A stretch of 42,267 nucleotides of DNA from Nemertoderma westbladi (Eukaryota > Animalia > Xenacoelomorpha), in the NCBI GenBank assembly GCA_032718475.1, contig JAUCBJ010006407.1:1-42267 (forward strand). The letters are read 5' to 3'. Position numbers and translations under genes: made by a program. This document shows, piece after piece, positions 25,201 to 38,411 of this stretch. The notes beneath the pieces were generated by a model. That model was not told the DNA's origin. It worked only from the letters and a program-made list of their open reading frames with translations, and ran no database searches. Each line of letters begins with the position of its first letter. The first letter of the stretch is position 1.

Positions 25201-28200
25201 AATACTGTAGGCTATCTATCAGTGTTGCTTTACAATCAGTGCTGCTGCAATACTGTAGGCTATCTATCAGTGTTGCTTTACAATACTGTAGGCTATCTAT
25301 CAGTGTTGCTTTACAATCAGTGCTGCTGCAATACTGTAGGCTATCTATCAGTGTTGCTTTACAATACTGTAGGCTATCTATCAGTGTTGCTTTACAATAC
25401 TGTAGGCTATCTATCAGTGTTGCTTTACAATACTGTAGGCTATCGATCAGTGTTGCTTTACAATACTGTAGGCTATCTATCAGTGTTGTTTTACAATATG
25501 TGCTACTGCAATACTGTAGGCTATCTATCAGTGTTGCTTTACAATCAGTGCTGCTGCAATACTGTAGGCTATCTATCAGTGTTACTTTACAATACTGTAG
25601 GCTATATACCAGTGTTGCTTTACAATCAGTGCTGCTGCAATACTGTAGGCTATCTATCAGTGTTGCTTTACAATGCTGTAGGCTATCTATCAGTGTTACT
25701 TTATAATACTGTAGGGTATCTATCAGTGTTGCTTTACAATCAGTGATGCTGCAATACTGTAGGCTATCTATCAGTGTTGCTTTACAATCAGTGCTGCTGC
25801 AATACTGTAGGCTATCTATCAGTGTTGCTTTACAATACTGTAGGCTATCTATCAGTGTTGCTTTACAATCAGTGCTGCTGCAATACTGTAGGCTATCTAT
25901 CAGTGTTGCTTTACAATACTGTAGGCTATCTATCAGTGTTGTTTTACAATATGTGCTACTGCAATACTGTAGGCTATCTACCAGTGTTGCTTTACAATCA
26001 GTGCTGCTGCAATACTGTAGGCTATCTATCAGTGTTGCTTTACAATACTGTAGGCTATCTATCAGTGTTGCTTTACAATCAGTGCTGCTGCGATACTGTA
26101 GGCTATCTATCAGTGTTACTTTACAATACTGTAGGCTATCTATCAGTGTTGCTTTACAATCAGTGCTGCTGCAATACTGTAGGCTATCTATCAGTGTTGC
26201 TTTACAATCAGTGATGCTGCAATACTGTAGGCTATCTATCAGTGTTGCTTTACAATACTGTAGGCTATCTATCAGTGTTACTTTACAATACTGTAGGCTA
26301 TCTATCAGTGTTGCTTTACAATCAGTGCTGCTGCAATACTGTAGGCTATCTATCAGTGTTGCTTTACAATCAGTGCTGCTGCAATACTGTAGGCTATCTA
26401 TCAGTGTTGCTTTCCAATACTGTAGGATATCTATCAGTGTTGCTTTACAATACTGTAGGATATCTATCAGTGCTGCTGCAATACTGTAGGCTTTCTATCA
26501 GTGTTGCTTTACAATCAGTGCTGCTGCAATACTGTAGGCTATCTATCAGTGTTGCTTTACAATACTGTAGGCTATCTATCAGTGTTGCTTTACAATCAGT
26601 GCTGCTGCGATACTGTAGGCTATCTATCAGTGTTACTTTACAATACTGTAGGCTATCTATCAGTGTTACTTTACAATACTGTAGGCTATCTATCAGTGTT
26701 GCTTTACAATACTGTAGGCTATCTATCAGTGTTACTTTACAATACTGTAGGCTATCTATCAGTGTTACTTTACAATACTGTAGGCTATCTATCAGTGTTA
26801 CTTTACAATACTATAGGCTATCTATCAGTGTTGTTTTACAATCTGTGCTGCTGCAATACTGTACGATATCTATCAGTGTTGCTTTACAATACTGTAGGCT
26901 ATCTATCAGTGTTGCTTTACAATACTGTAGGCTATCTATCAGTGTTGCGCTTTACAATCAGTGCTACTGCAATACTGAGGCTATCTATCAGTGTTGCTTT
27001 ACAATCAGTGCTGCTGCAATACTGTAGGCTATCTATCAGTGCTGCTGCAATACTGTAGGCTATCTATCAGTGTTGCTTTACAATCAGTGATACTGCAATA
27101 CTGAGGCTATCTATCAGTGTTGCTTTACAATCAGTGCTGCTGCAATACTGTAGGCTATCTATCAGTGCTGCTGCAATACTGTAGGCTATCTATCAGTGTT
27201 GCTTTACAATCAGTGCTGCTGCAATACTGTAGGCTATCTATCAGTGTTGCTTTACAATACTGTAGGCTATCTATCAGTGTTGCTTTACAATCAGTGCTGC
27301 TGCAATACTGTAGGCTATCTATCAGTGTTGCTTTACAATACTGTAGGCTATCTATCAGTGTTGCTTTACAATACTGTAGGCTATCTATCAGTGTTGCTTT
27401 ACAATACTGTAGGCTATCGATCAGTGTTGCTTTACAATACTGTAGGCTATCTATCAGTGTTGTTTTACAATATGTGCTACTGCAATACTGTAGGCTATCT
27501 ATCAGTGTTGCTTTACAATCAGTGCTGCTGCAATACTGTAGGCTATCTATCAGTGTTACTTTACAATACTGTAGGCTATATACCAGTGTTGCTTTACAAT
27601 CAGTGCTGCTGCAATACTGTAGGCTATCTATCAGTGTTGCTTTACAATGCTGTAGGCTATCTATCAGTGTTACTTTATAATACTGTAGGGTATCTATCAG
27701 TGTTGCTTTACAATCAGTGATGCTGCAATACTGTAGGCTATCTATCAGTGTTGCTTTACAATCAGTGCTGCTGCAATACTGTAGGCTATCTATCAGTGTT
27801 GCTTTACAATACTGTAGGCTATCTATCAGTGTTGCTTTACAATCAGTGCTGCTGCAATACTGTAGGCTATCTATCAGTGTTGCTTTACAATACTGTAGGC
27901 TATCTATCAGTGTTGTTTTACAATATGTGCTACTGCAATACTGTAGGCTATCTACCAGTGTTGCTTTACAATCAGTGCTGCTGCAATACTGTAGGCTATC
28001 TATCAGTGTTGCTTTACAATACTGTAGGCTATCTATCAGTGTTGCTTTACAATCAGTGCTGCTGCGATACTGTAGGCTATCTATCAGTGTTACTTTACAA
28101 TACTGTAGGCTATCTATCAGTGTTGCTTTACAATCAGTGCTGCTGCAATACTGTAGGCTATCTATCAGTGTTGCTTTACAATCAGTGATGCTGCAATACT

Positions 28201-31130
28201 GTAGGCTATCTATCAGTGTTGCTTTACAATACTGTAGGCTATCTATCAGTGTTACTTTACAATACTGTAGGCTATCTATCAGTGTTGCTTTACAATCAGT
28301 GCTGCTGCAATACTGTAGGCTATCTATCAGTGTTGCTTTACAATCAGTGCTGCTGCAATACTGTAGGCTATCTATCAGTGTTGCTTTCCAATACTGTAGG
28401 ATATCTATCAGTGTTGCTTTACAATACTGTAGGATATCTATCAGTGCTGCTGCAATACTGTAGGCTTTCTATCAGTGCTGCTGCAATACTCTAGGCTATC
28501 TATCAGTGTTGCTTTACAATCAGTGCTGCTGCAATACTGTAGGCTATCTACCAGTGTTGTTTTACAATCAGTGCTGCTGCAATACTGTAGGCTATTTATC
28601 AGTGTTGCTTTACAATACTGTAGGCTATCTATCAGTGTTGTTTTACAATCAGTGCTGCTGCAATACTGTAGGCTATCTATCAGTGTTGATTTACAATACT
28701 GTAGGCTATCTATCAGTGTTGTTTTACAATCAGTGCTGCTGCAATACTGTAGGCTATCTATCAGTGTTGCTTTACAATACTGTAGGCTATCTATCAGTGT
28801 TGCTTTACAATCAGTGCTGCTGCAATACTGTAGGCTATCTATCAGTGTTGCTTTACAATACTGTAGGCTATCTATCAGTGTTGCTTTACAATACTGTAGG
28901 CTATCTATCAGTGTTGCTTTACAATACTGTAGGCTATCGATCAGTGTTGCTTTACAATACTGTAGGCTATCTATCAGTGTTGTTTTACAATATGTGCTAC
29001 TGCAATACTGTAGGCTATCTATCAGTGTTGCTTTACAATCAGTGCTGCTGCAATACTGTAGGCTATCTATCAGTGTTGCTTTACAATGCTGTAGGCTATC
29101 TATCAGTGTTACTTTATAATACTGTAGGCTATATATCAGTGTTGCTTTACAATCAGTGATGCTGCAATACTGTAGGCTATCTATCAGTGTTGCTTTACAA
29201 TCAGTGCTGCTGCAATACTGTAGGCTATCTATCAGTGTTGCTTTACAATACTGTAGGCTATCTATCAGTGTTGCTTTACAATCAGAGCTGCTGCAATACT
29301 GTAGGCTATCTATCAGTGTTGCTTTACAATACTGTAGGCTATCTATCAGTGTTGTTTTACAATATGTGCTACTGAAATATTGTAGGCTATCTACCAGTGT
29401 TGCTTTACAATCAGTGCTGCTGCAATACTGTAGGCTATCTATCAGTGTTGCTTTACAATACTGTAGGCTATCTATCAGTGTTGCTTTACAATCAGTGCTG
29501 CTGCGATACTGTAGGCTATCTATCAGTGTTACTTTACAATACTGTAGGCTATCTATCAGTGTTGCTTTACAATCAGTGCTGCTGCAATATTGTAGGCTAT
29601 CTATCAGTGTTGCTTTACAATCAGTGATGCTGCAATACTGTAGGCTATCTATCAGTGTTGCTTTACAATACTGTAGGCTATCTATCAGTGTTACTTTACA
29701 ATACTGTAGGCTATCTATCAGTGTTGCTTTACAATCAGTGCTGCTGCAATACTGTAGGCTATCTATCAGTGTTGCTTTACAATCAGTGATGCTGCAATAC
29801 TGTAGGCTATCTATCAGTTTTGCTTTACAATACTGTATGCTATCTATCAGTGTTACTTTACAATACTGTAGGCTATCTATCAGTGTTGCTTTACAATCAG
29901 TGCTGCTGCAATACTGTAGGCTATCTATCAGTGTTGCTTTACAATCAGTGCTGCTGCAATACTGTAGGCTATCTATCAGTGTTGCTTTACAATACTGTAG
30001 GCTATCTATCAGTTTTGCTTTACAATCAGTGCTGCTGCGATACTGTAGGCTATCTATCAGTGTTACTTTACAATACTGTAGGTTATCTATCAGTGTTGCT
30101 TTACAATCAGTGCTGCTGCAATACTGTAGGCTATCTATCAGTGTTGCTTTACAATCAGTGATGCTGCAATACTGTAGGCTATCTATCAGTGTTGCTTTAC
30201 AATACTGTAGGCTATCTATCAGTGTTGTTTTACAATCTGTGCTGCTGCAATACTGTACGCTATCTATCAGTGTTGCTTTACAATACTGTAGGCTATCTAT
30301 CAGTGTTGCTTTACAATACTGTAGGCTATCTATCAGTGTTGTTTTACAATATGTGCTACTGCAATACTGTAGGCTATCTATCAGTGTTGCGCTTTACAAT
30401 CAGTGCTACTGCAATACTGTAGGCTATCAGTGTTGGTTTACAATCAGTGATACTGCAATACTGAGGCTATCTATCAGTGTTACTTTACAATACTGTAGGC
30501 TATCTATCAGTGTTGCTTTACAATCAGTGCTGCTGCAATACTGTAGGCTATCTATCAGTGCTGCTGCAATACTGTAGGCTATTTATCAGTGTTACTTTAC
30601 AATCAGTGCTGCTTTACAATACTGTAGGCTATTTTATCAGTGTTGCTTTACAATCAGTGCTACGGCAATACTGTAGGCTATCTATCAGTGTTGCTTTACA
30701 ATCAGTGCTGCTGCAATACTGTAGGCTATCTATCAGTGTTGCTTTCCAATACTGTAGGCTATCTATCAGTGTTGCTTTACAATACTGTAGGCTATCTATC
30801 AGTGTTACTTTACAATACTGTAGGCTATCTATCAGTGTTGCTTTACAATCAGTGCTGCTGCAATACTGTAGGCTATCTATCAGTGTTGCTTTCCAATACT
30901 GTTGGCTATCTATCAGTGTTGATTTACAATACTGTAGCGTATCTATCAGTGCTGCTGCAATACTGTAGGCTTTCTATCAGTGCTGCTGCAATACTCTAGG
31001 CTATTTATCAGTGTTGCTTTACAATCAGTGCTGCTTTACAATACTGCAGGCTAGCTATCAGTTTTACAATCAGTGCTGCTTTACAATACTGCAGGATATC
31101 TATCAGTGTTGCTTTACAATCAGTGCCGCA
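19282..31130 (+). repeat. Satellite 2: ~11.8-kb array of 33-bp monomers (CAATACTGTAGGCTATCTATCAGTGTTGCTTTA) mixed with 48-bp monomers (+CAATCAGTGCTGCTG) and rare 31-bp forms
   Basis: Uninterrupted tandem array, more degenerate at the right edge. Confidence 0.98.
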
Positions 31131-31282
31131 TTGCTAACAATGGACTCTCACAATACATTACTGCTACTACTTTCTGTAACCCTATAAACCGTGACAGTTT
31201 CTCCTCCCAAACTATTATAGGAAATTCATATAACATTAATTTCCCTCATATTTTATATGTTCCAGAATTCGAAATTAATAAT

Positions 31283-31376
31283 TGACCAATCATAGCGCTC
31301 GTGCAAAAACTGTGTTGGGAGTTTTTTTGCGCGTGATAAAACTAAGGCAGGTTTTTGCGGGCGCTAAAACTAAGAG
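31283..31376. repeat. Left part of a GCGC-palindrome repeat element, interrupted by RTE family A
   Basis: CCAATCATAGCGCTCG followed by TTTT-GCGC-AAAA units. The periodicity resumes at 39439 after the TSD. Confidence 0.8.
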
Positions 31377-32851
31377 GACAAGCCAAGGACAAGCAAGCAA
31401 ATCAAATATGACTGGGAGAAACTCAGAACTGACAATGCTGTAAAGGATGCTTATGCAGTAGAAGTTCAAAACCGCTTTGAAGCACTTCAGTCAATGGATG
31501 AAGACCAATCCACCAATTCAATATACCAGAATATAATAACAGCCCACAAGGAATCAGCTAATAGGCATATCCCCCAGACACCCAAACGAAAACAGTATGT
31601 GCCATGGCAAAACTCTGAGGTTACTTGTAAGAGAGAAGATCTTAAGATAGCCTACAAAGTTAAAACCGAACAACCAACAACCGAAAACATTAACAAGGTT
31701 GAGAAAGCTAAGGACGATCTTAAATTGGCCTACAACATCAGCCAGGAAAAGTACATACAGGATAAAACTGAAGCAATTACAGTTGCTCACATACAGCAAC
31801 AATCAAGACTTACCTGGCAAACTGTAAATGAGATATCTGGTCGGAAAAGTTGTGCAAAGGGGCGCCTCAAAGCCGATAGTCCTGAATAACGTGTTGGGAA
31901 GTGGAAAAACCACTTCAGCAACTTGCTTGGGCAGCCACCAAACATCGAGGTCAGCCCTACAAGGAAAATATATGACAAGACACTACCTATAGAAACAGGG
32001 GACTTCACACCTGCCGAACTCCAAAGAAGCATTAAAAGTATGTCCAATAATAAAGCGAGTGGATTAGATGAAATCCCAGCGGAGGTATGGAAAACCGGAG
32101 TGCTAAACAGACCATTATTGAATGTTTGCAACCGGATGTTAAAAGGGGAAAAGCCACCACCAATTTGGACTAAAGGTCAACTAAAGCCTCTCCCCAAGAA
32201 AGGAGACCTCGGCATACCAACAAACTATCATGGGATCTGTCTGCTTGTGGTAGCTGCCAAAATATACAATAAAATGTTTCTATATAGGATTAGGCCTCAC
32301 ATAGAGAAACTACTGCGTAAGAGCCAAAACGGATTTCGACCAAGTAGATTAACAATAGCTCAGATACTTGCATTACGGAGACTGATTGAAGGAATTAAGT
32401 CAAAGAATCTCCCCGCAGTCATGACTTTTGTGGACTTCAAGAAGGCATTCGACTCCATCCATAGAGGTAAAATGCTTGAAATCCTAAGAGCTTATGGAAT
32501 ACCAGAAGTAATTGTTGCTGGCATTGGATTGTTATATTGTGACACAGAAGCACAGGTACTCTCACCAGATGGTGAAACTGAGTTTTTCTCAATCCTGGCT
32601 GGCGTACTGCAAGGTGACACATTAGCACCATTACTATTTGTAATTGTGCTGGATTATGCAATGAGGACGGCCACAAAGGGTGAAGATCTGGGATTCACAC
32701 TTCAAGTACGCAGAAGTAGTAGATATCCGGCAACTACAGTCACAGACACTGACTTTGCGGATGACATCGCCCTGCTCTCTAATACGCTAGCAGATGCACA
32801 GCTTCTACTAAATAAAGTGGAGAGGGTTGGTAAGGAGGTTGGATTGCATAT
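31377..32851 (+). pseudogene. RTE-A ORF, 5' part: post-endonuclease linker and reverse transcriptase
   Basis: One frame with a premature TAA at 31887-31889. Motifs: QNRFEAL, KASGLDEIPAEVWK, PKKGDL..NYHGI, QNGFR, FVDFKKAFDSIHR, GVLQGDTLAP, FADD. It ends at GLHI, where the LTR begins. Confidence 0.92.
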
Positions 32852-33112
32852 TGTACTGTATTTGAATTTCCCTCTATATATTAAATATATAGAAGCGGTG
32901 ATTATTGAATTACCTACCGGTAACCAACATACTTTTATTATGTATGTATTAGCCTACTTAATGATATAACTTTAGTACTGTAATACAGTAGGCCTACAGG
33001 CTTCAGATATTATTATTTTGCTTATATACATTATGCTTTTAGATATGAAAGATATTATTATAAGCCTAGCCTAATGTTATATTTTGATCAACAAACAAAT
33101 AGAAATAGAAGA
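32852..33112 (+). repeat. 5' LTR (261 bp)
   Basis: Runs TGTACTG...ATAGAAGA. Identical to 38507-38767 except A33041 vs T38696. Confidence 0.96.
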
Positions 33113-33124
33113 TGGCGCTGCGAG
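33113..33124 (+). other. Primer-binding site TGGCGCTGCGAG (likely tRNA-Ser)
   Basis: Begins with TGG immediately after the 5' LTR and is complementary to a ...CUCGCAGCG-CCA tRNA 3' end. The Ser assignment is from recall of eukaryotic tRNA-Ser acceptor stems. Confidence 0.8.
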
Positions 33125-33345
33125 TATTTCAGTATTTACCGACAATGCTGCAATGAACACCGGCAGACCGGTGACCGGTAGTTAAACCTAAATCGTGGTA
33201 CCGGTGATCAAAAAAATAAATAAACAGGCCTACCGCTATACCGGTACCGACTGACCAGTACAGAGTACTGTGTCGTTGAAAGTAGGCCAATATATATGAC
33301 CAGCGGAGCTAAAGTATCGAAGTAGATAGGCTAAACAGCTTGATT

Positions 33346-34500
33346 ATGCCTACAGGTACAGGTGCTGAAATTACTTCTGCAAGACGTAGCCGTGGCCAAT
33401 ATCGTTTTGGTGCTCAAAAAGCCATAACGCAAGTAGAAATATTAATGACTGAAATCCAACAGCCGGATTACCGGTTGTGTGACTTGCTTACTGCAGAGTT
33501 AGCAGTTAAAGAGGCTAGAGATTTAATGAATACATATCAGGCAGCCGTTGATAGATGTCTGGACGTTGAAGGTGTCGATGAAGACAACCTACACACAGAT
33601 AAAGGGTGGGTCGAGTACTGCGACCTAGATGAAATCCTGGATGGATTATGTAGCTTCCTAAGGAAGATTCGAGGGCAGTTTGATGCAAAGCCTCCACCGG
33701 GAGTTCTAGCTGTAGCTCCTAGATCGTCAAGGATTGATACTTAATTGAAGCCACATATAAATTTATCTGTATCAGCTAGTTTGGCTGAATACCACGTTTG
33801 GAGAAAAGGATTTGAGTCCTTTTATAATTCCAACCAGATGTCTGCATTGCCAGCCTCAACTCAGCGTTCACACCTTCGGTCATGTGTTGACCCAGCCATG
33901 GATCTTAAGGGTGAACAACTTCTTAAAGTTCTTGTAGATACACCAATAATGGAAGTTCTCGAATTTTATGAGCAACATTTTATTCGACAGGTGCCAGTAT
34001 TGAATCACCGACACAACTTTTGGAGTTGTGAATGGGCAGATGGTGAACTCTTCAGTGACTATATCGTGCGTTTGAAGCAAATTGGCCAAGATTCTGAGCT
34101 TGATAGGCTTCCATATGAAGATTTACTGGCTACAAAGATTGTTTGTGGAGCTATTAAGCATCCCAGGTTACAAGAAGAACTTTTAAAGATAAAAGAGCAT
34201 ACATATGATAAGATAATGGAAATAGGCTTAGCATGGGAAATTGCTGCTGCGGCCAAAAGGGCGTTGAATAGAGGAAGAAGTAGCGAAGCTACAGTGAATA
34301 AAGCCTCTACATCTAGTTATAAACGCAATAAAAATGCTAGACAAATAGGGGGCGTTCTCAGCCCAGAGATCGCAATAATGAATCAACCGACTAATGTAGT
34401 TATTGCGGTAATGAAAAACATGGTGTTGGTAAATATTGCCCAGCATATGGGAAATTTTGTAATAAATGCAAATGTAAGAATCATTTCAGTAAGGTTTGCT
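33346..34500 (+). pseudogene. gag: Gypsy gag with two CCHC zinc knuckles, disrupted
   Basis: In-frame TAA at 33742-33744 and a frameshift around 34340-34394. From 34395 it reads CSYCGNEKHGVGKYC-PAYGKF-CNKCKCKNHFSKVC, in frame with the protease. Confidence 0.85.
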
Positions 34501-34583
34501 ATTATAGAAAATCTCAGAAATCTATTTCTGGGAACAGCAATGCAGAACCGATTCAAAATAATATAATACGCATTTGTGTAACC

Positions 34584-37500
34584 ATGTCACACCATTGTCG
34601 ATCTACACCTACTGCACGAGTACGTGTGGATCCTGAAGATGGGTCTCCACACCAGGCATTTAATGTTGATATTTTACCTGATTCTGGGGCATCTCACTGT
34701 CTGATATCTGCCGATCTAGTTGAGAAATTCAAATTTGAGTGTGAGACTGATGATATACGGCGAATAGTTGCTGCAGGTGGCCATGAGCTTCAATGTAGTG
34801 GATCTACGCAACTAGTTGTTACCTGGTATGACCGTGTAACAACTGTTACAGCATATATAACTCCTGATTTACAGGATGAGTTGATAATTTCTTGGCATAC
34901 CTTAATTGACCTTGATATTATTAATAAGTCATTCCCATTGAGTGAACGAATCATAAAGAAATATGATCTTGGTGTTAAACAAATAGTGATTAATAATACT
35001 ATTTCAGAAAAACATGTACATTTCACAGATGTCAATCATCAACCAACCTCAACTGAAATAAATGAGTTCATTAAGAAATTAAATATAGAATTTCAAGATG
35101 TTTTCTGAATTAAAGCCCATGACAGGGGCCCCTATGCGAATTCATCTGAAGGATGATGTTGAAATCAATCCAACTCATGTCACTACAGCAAGGGCAATTC
35201 CATTTGCCTACAGAGAAAAAGCTAGACTTGAGGTTGACGACATGGTGAGGAAATGTATTATCGAGCCAGTCGATGGTCCATCCGAATGGGTATCACCTTT
35301 TCACATAGTGGGGAGACCTAACGGCAAAGTTCGTTTAGTTGTGGATTATACTGGGCTGAACCGCTATGTAAAGCGACCTATCTACCCTTTTCCCACACCG
35401 TCAGAGATCATGACAACAATCCCACCTGGATCAAAATGGTTCGCATCCCTTGATGCTGTCAAGGGATATTGGCAGGTTGCTCTTGAAAAAGAGAGTAGGG
35501 CATTAACAACGTTCCTAACCCCGTGGGGTCGATTTCGCTATCTTCGTGCTCCAATGGGTTTAGCTTCAAGTGGCGACGAGTATTGTGAGCGCGGAGACAA
35601 AGCTCTAGAAGGACTTCATGGATATAAGAAGATTGTTGATGATATTCTTGTTCATGCTCCTGATTGGGACACCATTAAGACCAGAGTTAGAAATATACTG
35701 ACAAGATGTAGATCTCATGGAATAACGATATCGTTAGAGAAGTTTCAGATTGCCTTAGAAGTTAATTTTGTAGGTCATGTAGTAAGTGGTAAAGTTAAAC
35801 CAGACCCTAGGAAGGTTGAAGCTATTCAAGAGTTTCCCATTCCTGTTAATATTACTGATTTGAGAAGCCTTTTTGGCTTAGTTAATCAGTTGGCGCAGTA
35901 TACACCTCATGTATCTCAACTAATGACACCTCTACGACCATTACTCTCGCAAAAAAATCATTTTGCGTGGTTGGAGGAACATCAGTTGGCCTTTGAGGAG
36001 CTCAAACAAGCATTAACATCAGCGCCGATTTTGCGCCACTTTGATCATACACTTCCTACAGTGCTTCTAGCTGATGCATCGCGAGTGGGAGGTTTGGGAT
36101 TTGCTTTGGTTCAGCATGACCATGATGGTGCTATTCACCTCATTCAGTGCGGTAGCAGATTCTTAAGTGATGCTGAAACACGCTACGCAGTCTGCGAACT
36201 GGAATTGTTAGCTATCCAGTGGGCAGTACAAAGATGTCGATTGTACCTTGCTGGAACTGAATTCAATGTGGTGACAGACCATAAACCTTTACTTGGTATT
36301 GTAAATGGTAAATCATTAGATGCCATAGATAACCTTCGTCTTCAACCGATTTTACAGAAATTGGCTGGTTATGTTTTCAAACTCGAGTGGACACAAGGTA
36401 AAAAGCATTTGATTGCTGATGCTTTGAGTCGAACTCCAATAGAGGACCCTTCTCAAGAAGATCAGGAAGATGTGGCTGTTAGTGAAATATGTTTCATTAA
36501 TAAAGTAATGAGTTCTGAGGAAACAAATGACATACAAGACAAAGATAATAAAAATGATATAGCTCTGGAGTAGATTATATCAGTAGCTAATAGTGATGCT
36601 ACATATTTAGCTATAAAAGAAGCCCTTTTGTCAAATAAGATTGTTAAGAATTTGCCGATAAGTCATCCTGCTCGGCCATATTCTAACCAGTGGGCTAAAT
36701 TAAGTGTTGATGTGAACTCCGGTTTAATTCTTATTATTCCTACTGGTTGTAGGAAGGAAATATTGAATACATTACATTATGCTCATCAAGGCCAATTACA
36801 AACTTATTCCCGAGCTAGGCAGCTATATTATTGGCCTGGGTTATCCAATGATATAGCACAGGTGACTTTGCAGTGTGAACAGTGTCAACAGTTACAGGCA
36901 AGTCAGAAATCTGAGACTCGTAAACAGACATTTGTAAATCGACCATTTGAAGATGTCTCCATGGATCTCTTTGAATATGGATCCAGACACTTCATCGTTT
37001 TGGCTGATCGGTATTCTGGTTGGCCTGTAGTTGGTTTACCATCTCTCTCCAAGGCACCAGATACTGAGATATTATTAAAGTTATAGATCAGTGGTTCCGA
37101 GATTATGGAATTCCCGAAAAAATGCGAACGGATGGTGGACCACTACTAGGATCGGCATGCTGCATTGCAGCTGCATTTTTAAGAATGCTGTGCCGGCTTG
37201 TCAACAAAATTGCACCGCCACAACTCCCTATCACCCATGACATTTGCTAGATCATCCGCATCTTTAAGGCCAGTGTCCATTAAGATGCGTCTCAAGAAAG
37301 TCATGGGCTGTCCACCATGCTTATTCACTCCATGAGGCTGCCAAAGTACAAGATTATGCACTGGCTGGTCCTCACGGCGAAAGCAATGTCCTGCAAAGCG
37401 GAGGCGATTTTGTTCTAGTGTCAAGCTTGGGGGAACCAATGAGACACCTCCAATGTTATATAGTGTCTGGTTGGAGATGTGTGCATTGTACTTGACACAA

Positions 37501-38411
37501 TGAACCCGGCGTAGCATTCTTGTGAATGTGCCATCCAGAGATTTGGTGTCCTCAGCAGTTAGAGCCCAGCATGGACTCCCGTAGAGGAGTACTGGAACTA
37601 CTGCTGCTCTAAATAATCGGACCTTAAGTTTCCGATTAATTCTCGGTGACTTCCAAATCCTGGAAAGCCTATTCAAGGCTGCCCATGCCTTTCCCTTACG
37701 TATTCGAAGGTCCTCACCTGACTTCCGGATCCACAATGGTGGACCACAATTCCGTTCTGAATTTGGAAAGTATTGTATAGACAATGGAATAGACCATCAG
37801 ACATCGTCAGCCTATTACCCGGAGTCTAATGGGCATGCAGAGTCTGCCGTTAAAAGTATGAAACACCTTATAAAAAAACACTGGGACAACAGTACTGTGC
37901 GATTAAACCAGAGAACGTTTGGAGTGGCACTGTTAGAATGGAGAAACACGCTACATTCCAATGATGGGCTTTCACCAGCACAATGGCTTTTTGGGCTAGC
38001 CAACGAACCCGGGCACCGGCCCACTCTTCAACATATTCTACCATTAAACCAAATGAATTGAAGAAAGCTGAAGAAAAACGAAAAACTGTTGCTAACTATC
38101 GCCGAGATCTTCTTGGTGGTCATGATTTGAAACCTTTAGCTATCGGAGAAACAGTACGTATTCAAGTTTCTGGACGTTGGAATCGACTTGGAGTAATTAA
38201 GAAGAAACATAACACTGATCGTTCTTATATAGTTCTCAGCGAGGGACATGAATACCTTCGCAATAGGAAATTTCTGAAACCTTTCTATCATTTTACCGAA
38301 TACGATGATAAAAATAACTCGGGTGAGAACAATAGTAACTTTACTGAGACACCACCATTGCGCCGAAGTACGCGTGAACGTTCTGCTCCTGACAGATATG
38401 GTTCTGTTTAA
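34584..38411 (+). pseudogene. pol: Gypsy pol: aspartic protease, RT, RNase H and integrase, disrupted
   Basis: Protease PDSGAS; RT LDAVKGYWQ, PMGL, IVDD; RNase H ADAS, ELELLAI, TDHKPL, ADALSR; integrase HYAH..CEQC, MDLF, TDGGPQF, SNGHAE; C-terminal LRRSTR. Lesions: frameshifts at ~35100, ~37070 and ~38000, TAG at 36571, and a LINE insertion at 37144. Confidence 0.93.
37144..37735 (-). mobile_element. 592-bp 5'-truncated RTE-clade LINE (family B) inserted antisense into the integrase core
   Basis: 12-bp TSD ATGGTGGACCAC at 37132-37143 and 37736-37747. The minus frame encodes an RTE C-terminus (RKGKAWAA, LFRAAVVPVLLYGS..W, RLRFAGHC) and ends in a TAGTA tail. Confidence 0.94.

Noticed and set aside
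3566-31130. CRISPR-like repeat arrays
   Set aside because: No unique spacers, no cas genes, and the context is eukaryotic.
19282-31130. Hammerhead ribozyme in satellite 2 (minus strand CTGATAGA)
   Set aside because: It is not CUGANGA, and there is no GAAA box or convincing stem II.
19275-31285. Cys-rich ORFs (LQYCRLSISVA, YNQCCCNTVG)
   Set aside because: 33 and 48 are multiples of 3, so open frames are expected. Two frames are equally open, and scattered stops and frameshifts show no coding constraint.
32852-32969. Hydrophobic C-terminus of ORF 31923-32969
   Set aside because: This is read-through into the LTR. The true continuation is at 38773.
35090-35110. Programmed frameshift between protease and RT
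   Set aside because: The position is atypical for programmed frameshifting, and the element has several other lesions. More likely a small indel.
37736-37784. N-terminus of minus-strand ORF 37179-37784
   Set aside because: It lies outside the LINE insert and is antisense integrase sequence.
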